Shown piece after piece: positions 23,060-35,200 of a DNA stretch of 64,000 nucleotides. The DNA comes from Malacoraja senta. Lineage: Eukaryota. The position numbers and the translations under genes are program-made. Below the pieces are notes generated by a model. It worked only from the letters and a program-made list of their open reading frames with translations, was not told the origin of the DNA and did no database searches. Positions within the stretch are counted from its first letter, which is position 1. Each line of letters opens with the position of its first letter. Location: NCBI GenBank assembly GCA_038087875.1, contig CM075998.1:1674001-1738000 (forward strand). Direction: 5' to 3'.

Positions 23060-24309
23060 GCTAATTAGACATTTAGCATTTTAATAAAGGAATTAATCCA
23101 CACAGCATGATTTGATTCTTTTTTTCTCAGTAATCTTTTCTTCATATCCATTATTGCATGAAATAAAAACTTTCCAATCCAACCCGTCACTTCAAGTGCA
23201 ATTCATGGTCTAGGTTTAGTGGGCCGCTTCCATCTCCAATAACTGCTTCCTCCCCAATGCTTCTCCAATGGACATCAAGCACGATTCAATGGGTTTCCTT
23301 TCATGCAATATACAAATATATTTGTGTGGGAAGGAACTGTAGACGCTGGTTTACACCGTAGATAGACACACAATGCTGGAGTAACTCAGCGGGACAGGCA
23401 GCATCTCTGGAGAGAAGGAATGGGTGATGTTTCTGGTCGAGACCCTTCTTCAGACTGATCACTAGTTCAGATGGCACCAAATATTCCTACGGAGAATGGC
23501 AAGCCAGTGAAAAGTAAATTCATTTTTACTGAGATCCATCAATGTCCCGGTGAGACACTGTGTAGGATAAGCATAAATCAGAAAAATAATGTAGATACCA
23601 GAAGCCTGAAATAATATGCCGGAAATATTCAGCAATCAGATGGCAAGTGTCAACAGTGAAACAGAGTTAGCGTTTCAGATCAGCGATCTTCCATCAGAAC
23701 CATTTGAGCCTATTGTAGATGCACATCTATTGGTCATAACAGGGTAACTGAGTTGACAGATGAGTTGACATGCCTCAAGAAATTACATTTTGAAAGAAGA
23801 CACAAAACGCTGGTGTAACTCAGCGAGTCAGTCAGCATCTCTGGAGAAACATGGATAGGTGACACTTCAGATCGGTTCTGACCTGAAACGTCACCTATTC
23901 TTTTTTTTTCAGAGATGCTGCCTGACCCGCTGAGCTGCTCCAGCATTTTGTGTCTATGTTCGGTATAAACCAGCATCTGCAGTTCTTTCCTACTAACATT
24001 TGAAGGATCCAGGCATGCCACACTTATCGAGACCTTCATATTTCAGGGGTTGCTCTTAGGATTTTATATTTGGCATCCTGAGAGTTGTTGTATTTTTAAC
24101 CACGAGTGTTCAGTTTCTTCACCCTGACTTGTTTGAGACCCCCCCCCCACACATTTTGTGTCTATCTTCGGTTTAAACCAGTGTATGCAGTTCCTTCCTA
24201 GACTTGACATAAGGGGTGATTGGGGCAGATGTCCACAAGCTCAGTCGCAGAGGTAGATATTAATGAGGGTATTAACAGAAGAAAGAGAATTTTAGAGAGG
24301 AAATTTCAG

Positions 24310-24836
24310 AACTTTCAGTTGTACAAGACGTTGGTGAGGCCACATGTGGAATATTGCGTTCAGCTTTGGCCACCCTGCAATAGGAAGGACACCATTAAAC
24401 TGGCAAGGGTGCAGAGAAGATGAACAAGGATGTTGCCAGGACTTGAGGGCCTGAGCTATAGGTAGAGGTTTGGCAGACTAGGACTGTATTCCTTGGAGCA
24501 CAGGAGGCTGAGGGGTGATCTTGTAGAGGTGTATAAAATCATGAGGGGAATAGATCGGGTGAATGCACGGAGACTTTTACCCAAGAACAAGAGGACATAA
24601 GTTTCAGGTGAGAGGGGAAAGATTGAATAGGAATGTGAGGAGAAAGTTTTTCACTCAGAGGGTGGTGGGTATGCGGAACGAGCTGCCAGAGGAGGTAGTT
24701 GAGGCAGATACTGTAACAGCATTTAAAAGACACTTGGGCAGGTGTGCGGGTGGGACTAACTTAGATGGGACAACTTGGTCAGTATGGATGAGTTGGGCCG
24801 AAGGGCCTGTTTCTGTGCTGTATGACTCCATGACTC
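24310..24836 (+). mobile_element. CR1-clade LINE 3' fragment
   Basis: [17 protein letters not shown]..., TRGHKF..., FFTQRVV motifs of the CR1 ORF2 C-terminus; short ATGACT-type tail. Confidence 0.85.
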
Positions 24837-26030
24837 AAAGCATGGCTGCCTGTGCTGGGTCCATTAAATGTGAGGGAATGATCTCAAGGCCAGACTGGAA
24901 GGAGTGCCGATATCGCATTGTGTTATAGAGCTGGAGACAGGGAGACCACGCAGGGATTTGTAGCAAGCGCAAGAACTTTGACATCAAGGCAATGCTGAAA
25001 CAAGAGCCAGTATATGAGAGTGAGGACAGGGGTGCTGAATGAAGGAGACCCAATGTGATTTGGAAATCTGGCAGCAGAAATATGCACCTCCTCACGTTTC
25101 CGGAGGGTGGAATAAGGAAGGCCAGTAGATGTTGTGAAGAAGATGCTTCACTCCTGTTTGTTTGCGATGACTTATTCTGAACAAACTTGCTTCTCGCTCC
25201 CTATTGCTGCAACTTATATTCTGCCAATGTAAGCCAGTGTAAAATGCATTGTGGGCACTTCCAAGCTAATTTTACTATTGATGTGCAGTTGCAGCCTCTG
25301 GCCTCTGGGTGGCACAGTGGAGTAATTTTTCACGAGAGCCTCTCACAATCCTATCATCATTTCACATTAAGATAAAATGCTTACATGCATCACCTGCGCC
25401 TGGTCAGCATGGGCTGTTTACCAGAGCATTATTATGTAACTACACATGTATTCATCAGAGGGCCTGAGTGATTTTCATTGGGTCTGTCTAACGTGAGGGG
25501 AGTCAGCAAATTAAAGGAAATGCTGCTGAAGGAATAAAAACAGTGATTTTGCAAAATTTCGCTTTGCACATGCGGGTTGCAATGACATCATCTGTTCCAG
25601 AATGAGCCGGACTGAGCTAAACAATGGCAAGTGCCCGATGGGGAAGGAAGATGCAATGGTACAAGCTGCCAGGCTCCACGATATCACATGGACTGGCTCA
25701 CAGCACCCAGTGCAGCATCCTGCTTAAGTACTGCACTTTGGACTCTGTCTAAGGAACTGATGCGCTACAATGCTGAGAACTACATTCTGCACTCTGTAAC
25801 TTCCCCTTTACTGTACCTATTGTACTTTAGACTTTCCTTTAGACTTTAGAGATACGGCGCAGAAACAGGCCCTTTGGCCCACCGAGTCCACGCCGACCAG
25901 CGATCACCCCGTACACTCGCACTATCGTACACACTGGGGACAATTTTACAATTTTACCAAACCCAATTAACCTACAAACCTGTACATTGTTGGAATGTGG
26001 GAGGAAACCAGAGGAATAGCATTAACTAAA

Positions 26031-26239
26031 TCTTGTTGGGGGCTATGCGTCAGTGGATAGGGCGGTTATGGGGTAAAAGGAGCAAATTAATAATATTAAT
26101 ATAATATCAAGGGGGGTAGTTAGCGTGTGCGCGGGGGGGTAGTTAGTGTGTGTGACGCCGCATGCCGTCCCCCCAGCCCCCCCCTCCCCCGCAACCACAC
26201 GTTGGGGGAACAGACCCAACGGGTCTGCACTTGGTCTAG
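26031..26239 (+). mobile_element. Small non-autonomous Helitron
   Basis: 3' hairpin CAGACCC-AAC-GGGTCTG 8 nt before CTAG|T; candidate A|TC 5' end (5' boundary uncertain). Confidence 0.65.
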
Positions 26240-28229
26240 TATTCATTAAAATTGGAAGTCAGAGCTTTGGTGAAATAGTTCCACTAATTATAATGAAATC
26301 ATAAACACAGAAATAAGGAATCTGTTTATGGTTTCAAATTGAACACAGGAAGTCTCCACTTATGATCGCTCTTGGAGGGGATTTCCTGATCACCACTGCA
26401 AGTGTCTCCACTCTTTTGGATCTCACTTGATGTCCGCTGTGGTCTGGTCACCACCAAGGGTCGCCGTTTGACTGTTTTGTGCTGAGGGGCAGCAGGGAGG
26501 AAACAGCCATGAAGCATGCAGCAGGGGACAAGTGTTTGTGCCTGCAGCATGCTGAACACAGCTGTTCCATGTAGACAGCAACCAGAGGTAAGGCATGGAG
26601 GAAAAGACGAGGGGATGGACAACCTGCCCTGGCTGCTCTCATGGCCAACTCAGTGTCCAATTCCACCATTGACACTGGCTCCCAGCCCACCCAAGCTTCA
26701 ACGTTAAGATTCTCATGCGCCTGCTAAAATGGCTGCACCTTCAGACGCGTTCAGTTCTTAAATTCCCCCCCTAAATCTCTCTCTCTCGTGCTACCCCCAA
26801 ACTGCAACCAGCACTCCCCACAACATTTATGAATTTTGTAAAGATTTAGTCACCTGCCCTATTATTTCCTTCTTATGCTCAGTTTAAAGTTGCGTCTCAT
26901 CACATTCCTCTGTTTTCACTAACTTAGCGTTTCCAGCGTGGCTGCTGCATAGAGTAGATGTGGCCCATGTGCTCTGCAAAGTTTTTTTGTCTTTTGCCAT
27001 TGAGTGTTGCCAGTTCAATTATAATGAGTAAGACCCGTGTGGACCTGATTCGGCAAGTCTATTGTGCAGGATTTCAGTAAAATGCTGCTGACGCTAACAC
27101 AGTTAATGCCTGGGTTTGAAAGCACAAGGCTGCAAATGGCAGGCAAACTAGATAGAATCTGTCCAAATGCAACTCATCCCTGACCTTCGAGAGCTTTGAT
27201 TACCCAAAATACAGAAATTAAGAAATTACAGAAAAAATAAAGAAATTGCCCCAGCCATTTTATGTTCATATGGTAAATGGAAGTATTTCTCAAATGGTAT
27301 TTGTTCTAAGAAGGATGATCAATTCTTCTGTCAACGAGTCACACAGCACAGAAACAGGCCCTTCGTCCCAACCCGTCCATGCTGTCTATGGAGTCACATG
27401 CAGGCACGGCAGATTTATTTCCCCAAAAGACACCAGCAAACAAAAAGAGTTTCGAGACATTATCACTGACACCAGCATTTTTGTTTCTAAATTTCTTTAT
27501 TTATTTGCTGTAATAGTTTAGTTTCAGAAATACAGCACGGAAACAAGCCCATCTGTCCAACAAGTCCATGCCGACCAGCGATCACCCGTTCACACCAGTT
27601 CTATGTTATCTCTATTGATACTTTCTCGTCCAATAGTGGGATTTGAACTCACATCTTGGGATCAGTATTTCAGGTTTCTGCAGAATGACCCGAGTAACTT
27701 CACTGAGCAAAATAAATAAATAAAGTGCCGGAGGAACTCAGCGGGTCTGGCAGCATCTGTGGAGGGAAATGGACAGACAACATTTCGTGCCGGGACCCCT
27801 CTTCAGACTCACGTTCTTCAGAAATGTTGCCTGTCCATTGCCTCCAGAGAAGCTCCCTGACCCATTGAGTTCCTCCAGCTCTTTGTTTTTTGCTGAAGAT
27901 TACAGCATCTGCAGTCTCGTGTGTCAAGTAATATCTCTGATCTCTGACCTCTGATCTCTGCCATCTCTGATGTCCTCCCTCTAACACTAATGTTATTCGC
28001 CAACTGCTGATCAGGTGAATTCATTGAAGTCGGCATGTGGCGGGATATTTGATGTACAACTTTCTGGCCTGTGTAACTTAGTACCATTCTTAAGTTAGAC
28101 ACAAAATACTGGAGTAACTCCTCAGCAGGACAGGCAGCATCTCTGGAAAGAAGGAATGGGAAATGTCACCCATTCCTTCTCTCCAGAGATGCTGCCCGTC
28201 CCGCTGAGTTACTCCAGTTTTTTGTGTCT

Positions 28230-28660
28230 AAATGTGTTTCTATGGTTTACAATGCCAGGTTGAATTGGAAATGCAAAATGATTCAAACAAATATGAAAAT
28301 AAGACCAGTTCATTATATTGCTCAAATAATATCAAGCTGAGTGAGTTACTTTGAAATGTGCAGTTATCTTGTAGGAAACTGTATACGCCAAAATCCCACA
28401 AACACCAACGCGATGAATGACTCGTTAATCTGCTTGTGATGAAGCTGTCTGAGAAAGATTTGTAGAATGTGGGATCTCATAACTGTCACTGTATGTCATG
28501 TTGTCACGTGCGGGCGGAGCACCAAGGCAAATTCCTTGTATGTGAATACTTGGCCAATAAACTTATTCTTCATTCATGGGAGCTATAATGTTCATTTGTA
28601 ATACCAGAACAGGTAGATGGTCCTTGCTTGAGCATGTGGGACAGTTCAGGTGTAGTAGGA
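28230..28660 (+). repeat. Copy B of ~350-bp duplication, with a 97-bp LINE 3'-end insertion (28481-28577) and a 22-bp deletion
   Basis: Identity to 10851-11206; the insert matches 43073-43165 and ends AATAAA plus a TTCA-type tail. Confidence 0.93.
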
Positions 28661-28995
28661 CTCAGGGGAGAGGGAAACTAGAGATATGAAAATGGAAGGT
28701 GTGAAAAGGACACATCAAAGCAGACGATGATCAAGGAAATGTAGAATGGAGAATGGTTCATAGTTGGCTCTGGGGAAGGTGAGAGTAATCAATATTCATA
28801 TGAAGCAAACTATGAGGTGTTGTTCCCCACATGTACCACACTTGCTGCCGCCTCGCCTGGGGATACCCCAGGCCTAACACTAATTTATCAAAAGCTCCTA
28901 ATATTTGTGGCCAACCACATCTCTAACACAGAGTCACAAAAGCAAACCCCTTCACGTCAGGCTACTAATATAAGCGAGGAGACAGAGGCCTGGCA

Positions 28996-29217
28996 TTAAT
29001 TTAACTGGTCCTGCACTTTAGCAGTCGGTTTCACCCTCATAGTGGACTGGGTGACCGTCAGTAACGAAGACCGAGACACACTGGCCGTTTCCACAATCTC
29101 AATATCTTTGCAGGTGATGCAGGCAATGAGCTTCTCCTGGGAGGCACTGGAGGCAAAAAAGAACTCGTAAGAAACACCTCCAAGGACAGCACCAAGGATG
29201 GGGCCAATCCAGTACAC
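28996..29217 (-). CDS. AQP14: aqp14 coding exon 5 (VYWIGP...VQDQLN*)
   Basis: Acceptor gttcttgcag|GTG, stop TAA at 28996-28998. Confidence 0.94.
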   Translation of the reverse strand: MYWIGPILGAVLGGVSYEFFFASSASQEKLIACITCKDIEIVETASVSRSSLLTVTQSTMRVKPTAKVQDQLN

Positions 29218-32200
29218 CTGCAAGAACAACGAATAGAAAGTTCCTGTTAATGTTATTATCATTCAGCATCGTAAACGACGGCACATCCGTGCATTAATTG
29301 CATTGTCCCTCTCCATAAAGTTGGGAGCTCTGGCCTGATGCCTGCCACTTGCATCTGCCTGTTACTGAGCTCCCGTTAACAATCAAATCCATATGGCAGT
29401 GATGACGTGGTTAGAGTTCAGTACTAGTCTGAGAGCACGCACTCCATCTTATTGAACTTGGCCTGTGCTGTGGAAATGTATCAACAGGTGGTGTTCATTT
29501 GTTCCCGGCTCCTGCAAACCTCATCCTGTAACCCACCAGCACAGACAGTGCAGGAGAGAAAGTCATGGTGAACTCTCGGTCGAGGATGCTGCCGAACGTT
29601 TAGCACTTTCCTTACTTTCCTGACTCACGGCATTTGTTCCCAGGTCCTTGAAACCTCAGTCCATAACCCATCAGTATGGACCATACAGGAGAGAAAGTCA
29701 TGTTGAACCTTTCTCTCTTGGTCATGGAAGTTGCTGAACGGCTGCTGTCTGTGTGGAGTTTGCACGTTCTCCCTGTGACCTCCGCGTGCTCCGGTTTCCT
29801 TGCACATTCCAAAGGACATGTGGGGTTGTGGGTTAATTGGCTTCTGTAAATTGCCCTATTGTCCGTGGAGAGGATGAGAAAGTGGGATAACATAGAACTA
29901 GTGTGAAGTGGTCGGCGAGGACTCGGTGGGCCGAAGGGCCTGTTTCCATGCTGTGTCTCTAACCTAATCTTTTCATTTAGTCCAAGTCTGGCAAACTGAT
30001 GGTGTGATAATCCAGCTCCATCAAATGGTGCTTTTATCCTTCGAACCACAAGAGTTGCTTCTCTGTCAGCTTCTGAAATCAACCCACAGCCTCACTTTGC
30101 TGGGCATCAGTCCACTGCTATCAGCGAGCATCAGGTGCTGAGGCTGGGATCTGAAACCATGCCGTTCACTTTATAGCCAGCAGCCCCGAACAAGAACGTG
30201 AGTGGATCTATTTGCATCGCACCTGATTTTCTGGATATTCTGAAATGTTCTGAAATAAAAGTAGGAGAATTTCACCGAAGTCCAGAACAAATAAAATGTA
30301 CCGAATGAGTTCCTAATCCTTGCAGCAGCAATGTGCTGTGTGTGGGCTTCAGCGTTAGGGCTGGCTGCGTCTGGTCTTTGGGGGACTGAGCGTGCAAGAT
30401 ATATGTTTGCATTTTAACCTCTGGAATTTTATGCGCTGCGCGTTGCGCGACTGCATTTTTGCTTTCTCGAATGGGCAGTCCTGGGTGGCTGCTTGCCGCA
30501 TTTTTGCTTTCCTGCGCATTTGCATTCATCGAGGGGCACGAAGAAAGGAATGGGGGGCAGTCAGTAGCGAAGTCCACCTTCTCCTCCTAGTACAAGCATC
30601 CCCAAAAAAACTAGGCTATGGATGTGCGCGCATATGAGCCTGTGGTAGGTTTAAGGAATGCCATGTGCAGCCTGCATGTACCTCCATAAGCCCGCATGTT
30701 TAAAGTCCTGCGCATACCGTAGTTTTATGCATTTCGTTTGCTGCACCTAGATTTCTGGACCTTGCATTCCTGAACTTCTGTATTTCTGGCAATTATTTTG
30801 TTGCTGCTGCTTCAATGTCTGCATTCTTGCTTTACTGTTGGCAAATCCTTTGCATTTGGCACCGTTCGTGCCCTCAGAGCAGGCCAAAGCCGATGAACTG
30901 CATTCATTGTTGCAAACCGTTTACGCCAATTTGCGCTCAGCAAGCTTCCACGAGCAGCGATATGTGTGATAACGACCCAATCGTCTTTTTGGTCGGGGAA
31001 TAAGCATTCGTCTGGAAACTGGGCAGTACTCCCCAACTCTTGTCTGAACTAAGACATAAGAGAGCGAACAGTGCTTTTGTATCGATACCAATACAATAAT
31101 AAAGCAGTACCTCTGTGGGTGCGGCTGGAAAGCAGCATCAGACTATTTTGTCCTCTCGTTTCCCAAGTAGGGCTTGAACCCACAATTGTATAAGAAGGAA
31201 CTGCAGATGCTGGTTTACACCAAAGATAGACACAAAATGCTGGAGGAATTCAGCGGGACAGACTGTATGAAGAAGGGTCTCGACCCGAAACGTCACCTCT
31301 CCAGAGGTGCTGCCTGTCCCGCTGAGTTACTCCAGCTTTTTGTGTCTACCCTAGATTTATCGTACAAAAGTGGGGAGATTATGTCTCTGTTATACAGAGC
31401 AGCGTTGAGACCTCATCTGGAGTACTGTGCAGAACGTTGGTCCCCATCTTTGACAAACGTTTCGAGATACAGCATGGAAACAGGCTCTTCGGGCCACCGA
31501 GTCCACTCCGATCATCGATCACCCGGTCACACTAGTTCTATGTTATCCCACTTTTGCATCCACTCCCGACACACTAGGGGGCAATTTACAGAGGGGCAAT
31601 TAACCTACAAACCTGCACGCCTTTGGGATGTGGGAGGAAACCAGAGCACCTGGAGGAAACCCACATGGACACAGGGAGAACGTGCTAACTCCACACAGAA
31701 CGCAGCCGAGGTCAGGATCGAACCGGAGTCTCTGGTGCTGTGAGGCAGCGACTCCACCAGCTGTGCTGCCCCAGATAACCCAGTTGGTAATGCACGGTGA
31801 GCAGGAGGAACAAACGGCAGTGGAGGCAGAGCCATTGAATATTTTAAAGGCAGAGATAGATGGATTCTTGCGAGGCAGGGGGTGAAAGGTTGCTGGGGGG
31901 AGACAAGAATGCCAAGTGGATGTAACAAACAGATCAGCCGCAATCTTATTAAATGGCGGGGCAGACTCGATGGGCCGAGTGGCCTACTCCTGCTCCTATT
32001 GCCCATATCTGTGTGTGTGTGTGTTCTGGTTCAGAAACAATGATTGACTGCACAACCGTCCTGCAATAAACACCTGACATCTGTTTTTCAGTGCCGAATA
32101 TATTTAAGAATGAAAGATATGGGAATACTATTTTGGAAGAACCCTTGAGGGCGCCATTGTTTTGGGATGTTGCACAAAGTTGGTTTAAGAAAGAGCAGAG

Positions 32201-35200
32201 CTTTCCCGTTTACATTTGTCTGACAATAGACAATAGACAATAGGTGCAGGAGTAGGCCATTCGGCCCCTTCCAGCCAGTACCGCCATTCAATGTGATCAT
32301 GGCTGATCATCCCCAATCAGTACCCCGTTCCTGCCTTCTCCCCATATCCCCTGACTGCGCTATCTTTAAGAGCCCCATCTAGCTCTCTCTTGAAAGCATC
32401 CAGAGAACCTGCCTCCACCGCCCTCTGAGGCAGAGAATTCCACAGACTCACCACTCTCTGTGAGAAAAAGTGTTTCCTCGTCTCTGTTCTAAATGGCTTA
32501 CCCCTTATTCTTAAACTGTGTGTGGCCCCTGGTTCTGGACTCCCCCAACATCGGGAACATGTTTCCTGCCTCTAGCGTGTCCAAACCCTTAACAATCTTA
32601 TATATTTCAATGAGATACCCTCTCATCCTTCCAAACTTCAGAGTGTACAAGCCCAGCCGCACCATTCTCTCAGCATAAGAGTCTGGGACACGTTCTTGTC
32701 CGTTAGTGGTGTGCTGGCCACGAGGAACACTGAACGCATCTACACATGACAACTCTGCCCTGGACATGGAAAGCCTTTGGTTTACCCAGTGATGCTCCCA
32801 GACTCCGGTGAATACAGCTGGTCCGAGCGATCGTGCAGGATTCAGGCTGCCTCCCGAGAACTTTCCCTGGAGGACAAAAGCACAGGAATCAGTCGGATGC
32901 ACGCTCCCTGGATCCGCAATGGCCAGTCGGGAGGACTGCCTGTCGGAATCCCTGCTCCACATAGAACGAAGAACAGTGCAGATAGACACAAAATGCTGGA
33001 GTAACTCAGCGGGACAGGCAGCATCTCTGGAGAGAAGGAATGGGTGACGTTTCCCCAGCATTTTGGTGTCTATCTTTGGTTTAAACCAGCATCTGCAGTT
33101 CCTTCATACAAAGTGCAGTGCAGCACAGGAAAGGGCCCTTCGGCCCACAAAGTCCGTGCTGAACACAATGCCAAGTTAAACTAATCTCTGCCTGTAAGTC
33201 AAGTCAACTCACTTTTATTTCTATAGCACATTTGAAAAACAACTCTCGTTGGCCAAAGTGCTTTACATTGGTGGAGGTACTAACGTTATACAACAGTGGT
33301 TCATAGATTAAGTACATATGTGATCCATGTCCCTCCATTCCCTGCATATCCATGAGCCTCTGATGTCCAAGGTGGGTGAATGAACCAGTAATATTCCCTG
33401 GTGCAGGAACGTGGAGAGTTGGCCCCGGAAGGCACAAAGCTGTCGGATTTTTGTCACTGCTCCTGCAGTGAAAGTTGTCCCAGTTTTTACGAGAAGTCAC
33501 AGCCCTTCCTATAAAAGGAGCATGTTTGATGTAGCGGAGCCCTTCTTGTGCCCTGCATCCACTGGTTAAGCAACGGACAACTGTGGTCCTTACCGATGCC
33601 AGGATTCCTGTCGTCAGGCTCAGGGCTATGGCCAGGTTTCCCGGTTCTCCCACCTCCCTGCGCCGATGATCGTCCACGGCAAAGATGGTGAGAACCAGCT
33701 GGAATGTGGCAAAAATCTCCATTGCCAAGGCCTGGCCGGCATTTCCGTCTTTGTTGATCTGCTTGGAAAAACACAAGAGGTTACTCAAGCGGCACCTCCC
33801 AAAAACCTGTGTCCTTTACCATCGGGAAGGGCACAGTAAACGTTGGGACCCTGGGTTGCGTTATAGAACAGAGAGACCTGGGGGGGGGGGGGGGTGCAGG
33901 TACATAGTTGCCTGAAAGTTGCGACACGGGTGGAGAGGGTGAGGAAGGCGTTTGCCACACCTGCATTCACCGCTCAGGATGTAGAATGCGGGAGTAAAGG
34001 GCCTGTCGCACTTGGGCGTTATTTGCGCGTCATTTACACAACATTTACGCATCACGCGCGGGTACTGACTTGCACGTGACGCGCGCATGGCGCGTGGTGA
34101 GACGTGGTGACGTAGGCAGTGACGCGCGGTCGCGCGCGGCGCCCCAGGATTTTGGGATTCACAAAATCTTCGCGCGCCACCTGCATGACATGCAACTGAC
34201 ACCCAAGTGGGACAGGCCCTTAAGATTGCAAGACTGCCCATTGCCCATGTGCTTACCAGGATGCCTGGCACCAACACCACAGTTTGTGCCCGTCCCACCA
34301 ACGTTCCTCCTCAACTGATTCTTTTCGGGACAGTTTTTCCGCCTCCTGTTTGGTATCAGGCAACTGAACCATCCCACCACCAATTGGAGGGCGGTCCTGA
34401 CCTACCATCTACCTCACTGGAGACCCTCAAACTATCTTTAACCAGGTCTACTGGACGTTATTTTGCACTAAACGTTATTCCCTTTATCCTGTATCTGTAA
34501 TTGTGGACGGCCGCATTGTAATCATGTAATTTTTGTCCCTGACTGGGTAGCACGCAAGAAAAAGCTTTTCACTGTACCTCAGTACACGTGACAAGAAGAA
34601 ACCAAACCAAACCAAACTAATTTATTTTTGTTTTTTGCCTGGGCTAAAGTGGGTTTCAGTGGATATTTTTAAGGCAGAGATAGATAGATTCTTGATTAGT
34701 ACGGGTGTCAGAGGTTATGGGGAGAAGGCAGGAGAATGGGGTTAGGAGGGAAGGATAGATCAGCCATGATTGAATGGTGGAGTAAACTTGATGGGCCGAA
34801 TGGCCTAATTCTACTCCTATCACATGATCTTACTTATAACTTTATGACTCCATTCTCCATTTTGGAGAAACGTATCTCTATTGAACATCAGTAGGGAAAA
34901 TATCATAGAGAAGGTAGGAAGAGACGTGGACTCACCATGTTGACTAGAAGCCTTGATGTTGCCTTGACCGGGAGCGACATGTAGATGATCCCTGTTCCAA
35001 GCACAGCACCGAGGCACTGCGCCACAAGGTAGAACGCAAACTGGAGTCCATCCAGCTTCCTGGTGCAGAGCAAGGCCAGGGTGACGGCCGGGTTCATCTG
35101 CGCGCCGCTGATTTCTCCGAAGCAGTGCATCAGGCTGAGTGCCGAGAAGCCGGCGGCTACAGCCACCTGCATCAGAACCGGAACTCCATCCTCCTGCCCA

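Noticed and set aside
31174-31743. 189-aa ORF (and similar ORFs at 21745, 24563, 40597)
   Set aside because: Chance read-through across PLE, CR1 and SINE fragments
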